In this document: piece by piece, positions 29,276 to 40,227 of the stretch | Numbering within the stretch: the first letter of the stretch is position 1 | Layout of the letters: the number at the start of each line of letters is the position of its first letter | Assembly: GCA_963707985.1 (NCBI GenBank) | Contig: CAVPRW010000027.1 | Coordinates: 1-64,000 of the forward strand | DNA: 64,000 nucleotides | Direction of reading: 5' to 3' | From: an uncultured Nitrospinota bacterium | GTDB lineage: Bacteria > Tectomicrobia > Entotheonellia > J063 > CAVPRW01 | The notes under the pieces: model-generated | The model's input: the letters and a program-made list of their open reading frames with translations, nothing else | Database searches by the model: none | What the model was told of the DNA's origin: nothing | Program-made: the position numbers and the translations under genes

Positions 29276-32200
29276 ATGGGCTATCAGTTTGGCGACTATA
29301 CCCTCGACACCCAACGCTATGAGCTACGTCGAGCCGGGACATTGGTCAAGCTCCGGCCCAAGGTGTTCGATGTGCTGACCTACCTCATCGCAGCAGCGTG
29401 AGCGCGTCGTCGCCAAGCAGGAGTTGCTGGAGCAGCTGTGGCCCCAGCAGTTCGTCGTGGAGGCGACGCTAATTTCCTGCATTCGGGCGGCGCGCCAGGC
29501 GGTGGGCGATACAGGGCAGGCCCAACGGGTCATTCAGACGCTCCATGGGCGGGGCTTTCGGTTCGTGGCGGCGATCGAGGGGGATCGCCAGGAGCGGCGC
29601 GAGAGCGCCATGCCACCCGCCCAGCCCTGACCAGTCCGCTGGCGCCGCTGGGCTGCCCCGTCGCCGAGCGGGTGGTGTTCGTGCCCAATGATCCGGAGTC
29701 GGGTGCGCCCGAGCGCCCGACGCCGCCGTGGTCGACGCGGAGCACAAAGTAGTGACCGTGCTCAGCGTTGGCCTGGTGGAGGCCACCGCTCTGGCAGCCC
29801 AGCGGGCCCCGAGGCGATGCACCGCCTGATGCAGGCGTGTCTGGCCACGGCGCAGCAGGTGCTGCCGCTGTATGGGGGGACGCTGACGCACATTGGCGGC
29901 GATGGCTTCGTCGCGCTGTTCGGGGCACCGCTGGCGGATGAGGATCATGCCCGGAGAGCTGTTTTAGCTGCCGTGGCGCTTCAGCAGGCCCTGCAGGCGC
30001 ACCACGCTGGTGAGAGCCCGCCCGTGCCGCTCAGCATCGGGGTGCACACCGGCCCAGTGGTGGTTGGCTACCTTGGCGAGGAGAGCCATCGGCCGTATAC
30101 CGCCGTGGGCGAGACCGTTGATTTGGCCAACCGGCTCCGGCAGCTAGCGGTCCCCGGCGTTATTCTCCTCAGCACGGCTACCCAGCAGCTTGTGCGGGAG
30201 GAGGTCCAAGTAGACAACAGAGGGATCATCGGGTGGCGGGAAGGGCGGCCCCGGTTCGGGTGTATCAGGTACGGCGGTCACGCGGCGGCGGTCGGGGGTG
30301 CTGGGGCGTGGGGGACGCGCCTTGAGTCGGTTCGTCGGGCGCGAGCGGGAAATAGCGATGCTGCACGAGCGCTTGCGGCACGCCATCCAGGGGCAGGGAC
30401 AGGTGCTCGGCATCGCCGGCGAGCCCGGCATCGGCAAGTCACGGCTGCTCTATGAATTCGCCCAGAGCCTGCGCGATCGGTCGGTGACCTATGGCGAAGG
30501 GCATTGTCTGGCCTATGCCCGCGCTACGCCGTATCTGCCGGTCCAGGACCTGCTGCGCCAGCTCTGTGGGATCACTGAGGTGGATAGCTCAGAGGCGATC
30601 ACCACGAAACTCCACGCCTATCTGGGCACGGTCGGCATGACGCCAGCGGACGAGGCCCCATATCTCCTGCAGGTCCTGGGCGTGGCGGCCGAGGGAGACC
30701 CGTTGGCCGCGCATGACCCGCAGTGCGATCAAGGCACAGATGTTTGCCACCCTGCAGCAGGTTCTGCCTGTCCATCAGTCGGCGGCAACCTCTCGTCCTG
30801 GCGGTGGAGAACCTGCACTGGAGCGATCCCACCTCGGAAGAATGGCTGATCACGCTGGTGGAGTGCATCGCTGGGGCGGCCATCCTCCTGCTGGTGACCT
30901 ACCGCCCCGGCTATCGTCCCGCCTGGCTAGAGCACTCCTATGCGACACAGTTAGCCTTGCCGCGGCTGACCACGGACGATAGTCTAGAGCTGGTGCAGTC
31001 GGTGCCGCAGAGCGCGAACCTTCCAGACCGCCTGCAGCAGGAGATCGTCGGAAAAGCGGCGGGCAATCCCTTCTTTCTGGAGGAGCTGACGCGAGCGGTG
31101 GTGGAGCAGATAGCGACCGTATGCCACCCTCCTCATCCCGGACACCATCCAGGCGGTGCTCGCGGCCCGCATCGACCGGCTCCCACCAGTGGCGAAGCGC
31201 CTCCTGCAGGCAGCAGCAGTGATCGGCGTACAGGTCGCGGTCCCCCTCTTGCAGGACATTAGCGCGGTGCCCGAGGACACGCTGACGGGCAATCTTCGGC
31301 ACTTGCAGGCCGCCGAATTTCTTCATGAGACCTACGGGGCCCCAGAGCCGATATACACGTTCAATCACGCGCTCACCCAGGAGGTGGCTTACGGAAGTCT
31401 CTCACACGAACGCCGCCGTGTGCGTCCACGCACAGATCGTCGAGGCCCTCGAACGGCGTGACCCCGACCGCCTGCGCGAGCACGTCAATCAACTCGCCCA
31501 CCATGCCTTCCGGGGTGAGCTGTGGGACAAGGCTGTGACTTACGGCCAGTTGGCCGGGGCGAAGGCACTGGCGCGCTCAGCGTACCAAGAGGCCAAAGGG
31601 TCTCTCGAACAGGCACTCAGCGCCCTCGCACAGCTGCCGGAGACACGCAGCAGGCGTGAGCAGGCCATCGATCTTCGGCTGGCCCTGCGCACGGCGCTTT
31701 TCCCATCTGGCGACAGCGAGCGAATCCTGGCGTTGCTGCATGAGGCCGAGTCTCTCGCACTGGCCCTCGACGATCCTCGTCGGCTGGGACAGGTCTCTGT
31801 CTCCCTGTCAAGCCAATTCCGCGGCTTAGGAATGTATGACCAAGCCATTGCCGTCGGCAGCGCGCTCTAGCGCTCGCCACGACCACGGGAGATGTCCTCC
31901 TGCAAGGGCTGGCGAACCAATACCTTGGCCAGGCCTATCTGCCCCAGGGCAACTATCGTCGGGCGCTCGAATGCTTCAAGCAGACCGTGGCGTCCTTTGA
32001 GGGGGCATCGCGCCATGAGCGTTCCGGCCAAGTGACCATGCCCGGTGTCTTCTCTCGTTACTACCTGGTCAGATGCCATGCCAGTCTGGGCACGTTCGCT
32101 GAGGGCCAGGCCATGGCAGAAGAGGGGCTCCGGATTGCCGAGGCAGCCCCGGACCCCGCCAGCCTGATGTTCGCTGCCTGGGGGATAGGTGTATTAGCTC

Positions 32201-32811
32201 TTCGCCAAGGCGATCCGGGCAAGGCGCTCCTTCATCTCGAACGGGCGATGACCATCTGTCAGAACGCCGACCTCCCGGTCAATTTCCGCGGGATAGCCGC
32301 GGACTTGGGCGCAGCCTACACCCTGGGCGGGCGCGTTTCCGACGCCGTGCGGCTATTGGTGAGGGCGATTGGGCAGAGCACCGTGGTGACAGATCGCCGC
32401 GCCGAAGCGCTTTGTTGTCGCGCCATGGCGGAGGCACAGATGCTGTCGGGACACCTGGAGGAGGCACACGTCCTCGCCGAGCACGCCCTGACACTGACCC
32501 AGGAGAACAAGCAGCGGGGCAACCAGGCGTATACTCTGCACCTTCTCGGAGAGATCGCATCGCGGCGCGGCCATTCAGAGCGCGATCAGGCCGAAGCCGC
32601 ATACCAACAGGCCCTCACCTTCGCCGAGGAGCTCGGCATGCGGCCGCTCCTCGCCCATTGCCATCTTGGCCTGGGCCGATTATTTATGCAGGTGGGCCAG
32701 CCGGAGCAGGCACACGTTGAACTAGTCACGGCCGTCAAGTTTTACCGTGCCATGGACATGACGTTTTGGCTCCCCGGCGCTGAGGCCGAGCTGGCACAAA
32801 TAGTCGGATGA
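29276..32811 (+). CDS. wHTH (Trans_reg_C) - class III cyclase-like - AAA/STAND-like ATPase - TPR regulator, copy 1 (several frameshifts)
   Basis: LRPKVFDVL, IQTLHGRGFRF, GDGFVALFGAP..EDHARRA, IGVHTG, FVGRERE, GEPGIGKSRL, GNPFFLEE, YTFNHALTQEVAY, ELGMRPLLAHCH. Confidence 0.85.
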
Positions 32812-32991
32812 CGACCGGTAGAGAGGGGCATAACGTAAGGGCGGCGCCCGGTGTCACCACTATCCGTGACATGGGCAATCACCTGGAAGCGATCCTCCAT
32901 CAAGAGCCCAAGACGCTGCTTGAAGACCGCTCGTGACGACCTGGATGGGCGACTTCCAAGCCACGCCAGCTTGCGATGTTGCAGGAGCCCA

Positions 32992-33207
32992 TCAGGTCCC
33001 GGCCGTCTGGAGCACGACCCCTAGTTCGTGCGGAGCTGTGCCCGATTTGAAGTATAGTCGTTCAAACCCGATGACTTCTCCCCGCGCATCTTTAATCAGA
33101 ATTATCCCCTGGCCGACTTCCTCACAGACTTCCTCGTGCTCCGGGTCATCCCAGTAGACGGTCAGGGTTTCTCCAATCGGATCGTGGATGACTCTGATGT
33201 GGGCCAT
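32992..33207 (-). CDS. DUF2283-like small protein (putative antitoxin)
   Basis: IRVIHDPIGETLTVYW...IILIKDARGEVIGFE. Confidence 0.7.
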   Translation of the reverse strand: MAHIRVIHDPIGETLTVYWDDPEHEEVCEEVGQGIILIKDARGEVIGFERLYFKSGTAPHELGVVLQTAGT

Positions 33208-33512
33208 ATCCGGTCTCCTTCTTTAATCTTATCGCAGGGATAGGCGGTGATGAGAAACCCCTCTTCGTCCAAGCGTTTGACCACAGCACACAGCAGCCGC
33301 TGCTGATCAGTGCGGTAATAAAGGAACACCGCACGATCCTGCCGACTCTGGCACACTTGATTGGGATGGGCAAGGACTTGGGCCACGTCTTGGGCGCGGC
33401 CACGCAACTTCGGATGCTTGGCCTCCAGCCGCGACCAATGGTCCGCCGTGGTTCGGACCGAGAACCCTAGCGGAGTTGCCACGTCGAAGAGATAGCTCGC
33501 GCCCTCGCTCAA
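33162..33512 (-). CDS. DUF4258/RelE-BrnT-like putative toxin
   Basis: TPLGFSVRTT..HW....KHP, SRQD..VFLYY, CAVVKR...GFLITAYP.DKIKEG. TTG start with AAGGAAG RBS. Overlaps the DUF2283-like gene. Confidence 0.65.
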   Translation of the reverse strand: MSEGASYLFDVATPLGFSVRTTADHWSRLEAKHPKLRGRAQDVAQVLAHPNQVCQSRQDRAVFLYYRTDQQRLLCAVVKRLDEEGFLITAYPCDKIKEGDRIWPTSESSTIRLEKP

Positions 33513-33897
33513 ATTGCTTCCTTGTGCAGCTCGTTGGTTTCCACCCGCCACGAGCCGCGTCAGTCTACCGCGCACACCGAAAGGTTCCACCCCCTCTTGC
33601 CTCTGTATGCATCGGCAGAACATCGCTGTCTACCTTCAGATGAAGCGGTGTTCAACCATCCGTGATCAGCTCTCAGAGCGCCCACGAAACTGCCGCTTCA
33701 CAGACACGGTGGCGTGAGGCTCGATCTGTCGACGCGGAATTGTGAATGGACGATAGCAGACGGAATCCACTCGGTCAAGCGCTAGTGCTGAACGGTGCTA
33801 AACGGGTTGGTCGAAGCGCTGGATCAGCTGCAGGCTTGTTCAGGCTCTTTCCCGTGGAGGGAAGAAAGCTTCCCCACCACGTCGCGAGCGCGTCAAA

Positions 33898-34047
33898 CTA
33901 AATCAGGCCACAGACGATTGGTACACCGATCATGTCGCCCTGAGCGCAGCGAAGGGTCTCAACGGCGAGATTCTTCGCTGCGCTTAACATGACAGCCTGG
34001 ACAGTCGTGCCAGATGAAGTGTCCCAATGTCGTGTGGTTCGATTTAG
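33898..34047. mobile_element. MITE-like element (150 bp) with an internal REP-like hairpin
   Basis: Imperfect ~29-bp TIRs (ctaaatcaggccacagacgattggtacac / gtgtcccaatgtcgtgtggttcgatttag). Inner hairpin tgtc..ctgagcgcagcgaag...cttcgctgcgctt..catgaca at 33933-33994. Confidence 0.65.
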
Positions 34048-34443
34048 GGGTGCCCAAGGGCACGGTCTACGGAAAGCTCACCCGCGAGGCAATTCATAAT
34101 GATATCGCCTGCGCTGGCGATGGTCGCCCGGAACGTCCTCGTCTATGCCTATTATGAGGATGTCCCTCAATACCCCGCCGGGCGACCCTGACGGGGGTGA
34201 TCGCTTGGCGAACATACATCACCTATCTATGGGGGGTGTGCGCTGAGAGCAACGCTCACAATGCATCTCCTGCGACGCAACATATGCAGTGCCATTCAGA
34301 GGGATCAGCAGCTGGTCCTGGAAGACACGCCACACGCCCGGAATCTCCGGCCACCCGGTACTTGACGCATCCGACGCAATCTAAGTAATCTTCGGTGAGC
34401 CCCTCCCGTGCGATGCAGACTGGTGTGGGCAACCTTATCCCAT

Positions 34444-36657
34444 CTATGGAATGAAATTTAGCTCCTCTGGCAGTGGTGGGACGATCGGGACCTCGAAGAA
34501 CTGTGCCGGTTCCGGGTGCATGACCAGCCCGCCATCTGAGGCAAAAAACTCGGCGATTTGCTCTTGCGCACCGAGGGCAATGTCCAACAACAGGGGCGAC
34601 AATGGGAAGGGCAGATTGAAGAAATACAGAAAAACATGTGGGTTTTTCGGTACCGCTGCTGGATCCATGGCAAAGGCGAGATCATGCCGATAATACGTCG
34701 CCTGCTCCGCCAGGTCTCCTGCGCGCAGCATGGCCGTGGTGGTGGGGTTCGGATGAGCTGTGTCGCCTTTGGCAAACTGCAGGATGACTGGTTTGGCCGG
34801 CACGCCCTTGAGTGGTTGTTTCTGGAGGTGTACGGCATACGCCACCGGGTCGCCAGCGCCGGACACCCACTCCGCGTGCTCAAAGAATTGTTGAAGGGCC
34901 ATGGCGCCGGGTACGGTATTGATGACCGGGGACTGGTTCCGGAGTGGCATGTTCTCATTGAACTCCGTGCCGCCGACATTGATGAGCGACGGCACCCGCG
35001 CGGCGAGGTTCGCACCCACGCCCGGTCGGAACATGCCGAGTCTGTTTGTCTCAAGGAAGGGACCGCCTGGGACGTTGGGAACGCCGGCGCGCACCAGTGG
35101 TTCCACCGCTAGAAAAAGCGTCCCGTACACACCTCCCCAAGATACCCCCGTATAATAAATGTGTGTAGGATCCAAGTCGGGAACGCCGTCGCCTTGGATG
35201 TCTACGCCGGCCTTGATCACCCGCACCAACTGCATTAGGTCCACGACCGTCTGCCGAAAGCCGTCGCGGTTGCTGATGATCCCATGCGGCGGGCTGGCAT
35301 TCAGGCCCTCGCTGGCGCCAATGCTGCCATTGTTGTTCAGATCGACGCTACGCCCGCCAGCTGGAAAGGTCACCGGGCCACTGGGAGTGGAGACGGTCAA
35401 GGTGCCATCGGCGCCTCTCCCATGGCCCACCATATTTATGGCGATCGTGGCGAGCCCTTTAGCGGCCAGGCTGTCGGCGATAAGAAACGCGCCGCCCTGT
35501 TTGCTTTCCGTCCCACCGTGACCGAAGATGACCACTGGCCAGCCTTTTGGCGGGGTTGCGCCTGACGGCAGGAAGAGATTGAAGAAGATCTCACTCTCGC
35601 CTTGGACCATTGGCACGCCCGAGCGTGTGCCAATCGGCGGGATGAACTTCTCGGGCGTCTCATAGTCGGGCGAGCGGTACTTCCCAAAGGCGAGCATACC
35701 CACCGAACCATCTACAGGGAGAGCCTCCAGAAACACTTGGACAGCGGAAAAAGCTGACGGATTCACACGCACTTGTTGGTTAAACAGAATGCTGTCTACC
35801 TCGCTCCGCGCGAAGACTGTTCTGGTGCCGCCGGGGCCGAGCAGGAAATCCGCCGGTTCAGGGCTCTGGCCTTTGAGCTGCTGGCGGATCTTTTCTAGCA
35901 GTGCCGTGGTGCTCTGGGTGGTGAATACACTGGCCGCGACGATATCCGTAGGCGCTACCCCCGCCTTCCTGGCTGCGGCTAACCCCTCAAGCAGCGCTTG
36001 GCAATACGCCTTCAGGGCGGGGTCTTTGGTCTGGCCGAAGTTCAGATGCTTGCGGAAGTGGACGAAGGCCTCTGAAGCCTTAACCGCATCGCCTTGCAGG
36101 TCTCGGAGTCCGCTGGTCACCAAGAGCGCATAGCGCGTCTGTTGGGTGAGGAGTTCGTCGGACTCCACGTGGAGCGTGTGGATTTCCTGGTCCCAGACGA
36201 TCTGATTGATCCCGACCACCTGGCTAGCGGCCTTGTGGCCGCGGAATGTGGTCCCCAGGTTGACCAGGAACACGGTGTTGCTGGTGACCGTCGTCACATC
36301 GATGGGACCGCTGAAGGGGATCGAGAGGCGAGTCTGGAGGTTAAAGCCATCGAGGGTGTTGATGACGTGAAGATCGTCGCAGTCGGAGGGACGCGTTGCG
36401 CAGTCGGGGAGCGGCAAGTTTACCCGCAACCCGGTATTATGGCTGGGGTCAGGCACGGTGAATCGGTCGCTGGGGAAGGGACCTCCGGTGGGAGTCTCCA
36501 GATTGAAGAGGGCATGGACGCCCGCGGCGAGCGTGCCCGCAGGCGACAAAAAGACGACCGGAAGAGCAAAGAGCAGCATCGAGCGACAACGAAAAGCTTT
36601 AGTGAGTACCTGCCACAGGCATGTTGTAATCGTCGTCAACAGACTTCGCCGACTCAT
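34444..36657 (-). CDS. Secreted Ig-like + alpha/beta-hydrolase (lipase-like) protein
   Basis: Signal peptide, PFPSD, NTLDGF, YALLVT.GLRD, VVIFGHG, HG.G, YTGVSWGG nucleophile elbow, NPH. Confidence 0.8.
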   Translation of the reverse strand: MSRRSLLTTITTCLWQVLTKAFRCRSMLLFALPVVFLSPAGTLAAGVHALFNLETPTGGPFPSDRFTVPDPSHNTGLRVNLPLPDCATRPSDCDDLHVINTLDGFNLQTRLSIPFSGPIDVTTVTSNTVFLVNLGTTFRGHKAASQVVGINQIVWDQEIHTLHVESDELLTQQTRYALLVTSGLRDLQGDAVKASEAFVHFRKHLNFGQTKDPALKAYCQALLEGLAAARKAGVAPTDIVAASVFTTQSTTALLEKIRQQLKGQSPEPADFLLGPGGTRTVFARSEVDSILFNQQVRVNPSAFSAVQVFLEALPVDGSVGMLAFGKYRSPDYETPEKFIPPIGTRSGVPMVQGESEIFFNLFLPSGATPPKGWPVVIFGHGGTESKQGGAFLIADSLAAKGLATIAINMVGHGRGADGTLTVSTPSGPVTFPAGGRSVDLNNNGSIGASEGLNASPPHGIISNRDGFRQTVVDLMQLVRVIKAGVDIQGDGVPDLDPTHIYYTGVSWGGVYGTLFLAVEPLVRAGVPNVPGGPFLETNRLGMFRPGVGANLAARVPSLINVGGTEFNENMPLRNQSPVINTVPGAMALQQFFEHAEWVSGAGDPVAYAVHLQKQPLKGVPAKPVILQFAKGDTAHPNPTTTAMLRAGDLAEQATYYRHDLAFAMDPAAVPKNPHVFLYFFNLPFPLSPLLLDIALGAQEQIAEFFASDGGLVMHPEPAQFFEVPIVPPLPEELNFIP

Positions 36658-36910
36658 AAGAACTCCTGCCCTGCTAGAGACACTGCGTCCGGTATATGTA
36701 GCGTGTGGCTTTCCTCTCCTCCGTCCCATCACCCAGCTCGGGAGGGACAGGGCACGGACACTGATAAGGGTCAACTGTAGTGCTCCCGAGCAAACAAGTC
36801 ATGATCGTTTCCTGGTCATTTCATGGTCGTGGTGTGTGCATTTCGTGCTATGCTGCGCGCGGTTGCAGCGGCGAGCAGCGCACGGCTTCAGAAGAGGGGA
36901 GGAGCGGGCG

Positions 36911-39900
36911 ATGCGGTATAGGTTTAGCGACCTTACGCTCGACACAGGACGCTATGAGCTGTGGCGGGCCGGGACGCTGGTCAACCTGCAGCCTAAGGTG
37001 TTCGATGTGCTGACCTACCTCATCGAGCAGCGTGAGCGCGTCGTCTCCAAGCAGGAGTTGCTGGAGCAATTCTGGCCACGGCAGTTCGTCAGTGAGGCGA
37101 CGCTGAGCTCTTGCATCCGGGCGGTACGGAAGGCAGTTCGAGATTCGGGGCGGGTCCAACGGGTCATTCAGACGCTCCACGGGCGGGGTTTTCGCTTTGT
37201 GGCGGCGATCGAGGGAGATCGCCAGGAGTGGCGCGGGAGCGCCGTGCCAACCAACCCAGCCCTGACCAGGCGGCTGGAGCCGCCGGGCTGCCCCGCGCCG
37301 AGCGAGGCGATGTTCGTGCCCAATGACCCGGAGTCGAGTGCACCCGAGCACCTGACGGCCGCCGTGGTCGATGCAGAGTACAAAGTAGTGACCGTGCTCA
37401 GCGTTGGCCTGGTGGGGGTGACCGCTTTGGCGGCCCAGCGGGGCCCCGAGGCGATGCACCGCCTGATGCAGGCGTGTCTGGCCACGGCGCAGCAGGTACT
37501 GCCGCTCTACGGGGGAACGCTGACCCAAATCACCGGTGAGGGCTTCGTGGCACTGTTTGGGGCGCCGCTGGCAGATGAGGATCATGCCCAGCGGGCCGTC
37601 CTGGCCGCCGTCACCTTGCAACAGGCGCTGCAGACGCGCGGGGAAGGCGGAAGCCTGGCGGTCCCGCTCGGCATTGGGGTGCACACCGGGCCCGTGATCG
37701 CGGGCAGCCTGGGCACGGAGCGCCATCGGCTGTATACCCCCGTGGGCGAGACCTTCGAACTAGCCAGTCGGCTGCGGCAGCGGGTGGCCCCCGGCGCGAT
37801 TCTCCTCAGCACCGTCACCCAGCGACTGGTGCAGGTAGAAGTCCACGTGGACGACGCAGGGATGATCGGCATGGGAGTCGACGCTGCCTTACTGCCGGTG
37901 TACCAGGTGCGTGGGATTACGCGGCGGCGATCGGGGGTGCTAGGGCATGGAGGACGCGCTTTGAGTCGGTTCGTCGGGCGCGAGCGGGAAATGGCGATGC
38001 TGCACGAGCGCTTGCGGCACGCCATCCAGGGGCAGGGACAGGTGCTCGGCATCGCCGGCGAGCCCGGCATCGGCAAGTCACGACTGCTCTACGAATTCGC
38101 CCAAAGCCTGCACGATCGACCGGTGACCTACAGCGAAGGGCATTGTCTGGCCTATGCCCGCGCTACGCCGTATCTGCCAGTGCAGGACCTGCTGCGTCAG
38201 CTCTGTGGGATCACTGAGGTGGATAGCTCAGAGGCGATCACCACGAAACTCCACGCCTATCTGGGCACGGTCGGCATGACGCCAGCGGACGAGGCCCCAT
38301 ATCTCCTGCAGGTCCTGGGCGTGGCGGCCGAGGGAGACCCGTTGGCCGCGCATCACCCGCGTGCGATCAAGGCGCAGATGTTTGCCACCCTGCAGCAGTT
38401 CTGCCTGTCCATCAGTCGGCGGCAACCCCTCGTTCTGGCGGTGGAGAACTTGCACTGGAGCGATCCCACCTCGGAGGAATGGCTGAGCGCGCTAGTGGAG
38501 CGCATCGCCGGGGCGGCCATCCTCCTACTTCGGCACTTGCAGGCCGCCGAATTTCTTCATGAGACCTACGGGGGCCCAGAGCCGATATACACGTTCAATC
38601 ACGCGCTCACCCAGGAGGTGGCTTACAGAAGTCTCTCACACGAACGCCGCCGTGTCGTCCACGCACAGATCGTCGAGGCCCTCGAACGGCTGTACCCGGA
38701 CCGCCTCCTCGAACAGGTCGACCAACTCGCCCACCATGCCTTCCACGGTGAGCGGTGGGAGTAAGGCCTTCGCCTACTTATCGGCAGGCCGGCGACAAAG
38801 CGATGAGGCGCTGGGCCTACCGGGAGGCGGTGGAGTATTTTGAGCGGGCGCTCAGTGCCCTCCTGCATGTGCCAGAGACGCGCGACACGCGTGAGCAGGC
38901 CATCGATCTTCGGCTGGCCCTGCGTACGGCGCTCTATCCGTCTGGCGACTGGGAGCGCATCCTCGCGCACCTGCGCGCAGCCGAACCCCTCGCGGCGGCC
39001 CTCGACGATCCACGTCGGCTGGGTCAAGTCTCGGTCTTTCTGGCACACCAACTCCGTAACCGCGGTATGTATGACCAGGCCATCACCGCTGGCCAGCGCG
39101 CCCGTGTGCTCGCCACGGCCAGCGGGGATATTGTCCTGGAGGCACTCGCGAACCAATACCTTGGCGTAACCTACCGGGACCAGGGCGACTATCGTCGGGC
39201 GATCGACTGCCTCGGGCAGGCCGTAGCGTTCTTCGCGAGGATGCGGTGCCACGAGCGCTTTGGCCAGCTGATCCTGCCCGCGGTGTTCTCTCGTGCCAAC
39301 TTTGCCTGGTGCCAGGCCGAGTTGGGTCTGTTCGCCGAGGGCCGTGCCTTGGCGGAAGAAGGGCTCCGGATTGCTGAGACAGCTGGGCACCCGGGCAGCC
39401 TGCTGTTTGCCGCATGGGGGATCGGTCAGCTGGCCCTCCGCCAAGGCGACCTGCCGAGGGCACTTCCGCTGCTCGAACGCGCCATCGGTCTCTGTCAGGA
39501 CATGGCACCAGGTGCGCGCCGTCCGGCCAATTTCCTCATGCTGGCTGCGGCCTTGGGCGCAGCCTATGCTTTAGACGGGCGCGTCTCCGACGCCGTGCTA
39601 CTGCTCACGCGAGCCCTTGAGCAATGTGCGGCGATGAAAGAAGGACCCTCCGAAACGCACTGCCGTCTCGCACTAGGGGAGGCGCAGCTGCTGTCGGGCC
39701 GCCTGGAAGAGGCTTACGCCTTCGCCGAGCATGCACTGGCGCTTACCCATGAACTCCAGGAACGGGGCTATCACGCGCATGCTCTGCGCCTCCTCGGCGA
39801 AATTGCGGCGCGGCGCGAGCCTCCAGAGCGCGAACTCGCCGAAGCCCATTATCGGCAAGCCCTCGCCCTGGCTGACGAGCTCGGCATGCGTCCGCTTCTC

Positions 39901-40110
39901 GCCCATTGCCATCATGGCCTGGGCAGATTATATATGCGGGTGGACCAACTGGAACAGGGTCGTGTCGAACTGTCCGCCGCCATCGCGCTGTACCGTGCCA
40001 TGGAGATGACCTTCTGGATCCCCAGCGCCGAGGCCGCGCTGGCAAGTCTGGCTGAATCAGGGTTGCTGCGACCGGCGAGCGGGCTTATAGCTTCTCAGCG
40101 CTCTACGTGA
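36911..40110 (+). CDS. wHTH - cyclase-like - ATPase - TPR regulator, copy 2 (internal ~400-bp deletion, frameshift ~38765)
   Basis: Same motif order as copy 1. Near-identical 37961-38527 vs 30321-30890. Lacks the segment equivalent to ~30891-31293. Confidence 0.85.
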
Positions 40111-40227
40111 GACGGTCATGCTATGAGTTGAGCACTTCAAATGTGCTACTATGGGGAGCACAGTAGCGCCATCTCTGCCGTAGCAGAAAACTTTGTGATG
40201 CAGCACTTTAAACCAGTGCAATAGGGA

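Noticed and set aside
36458..36910. N-terminal extension of the 768-aa ORF
   Set aside because: It overlaps the divergent gene and the operator region. The paralogue and the GGAG RBS support a start at 36911.
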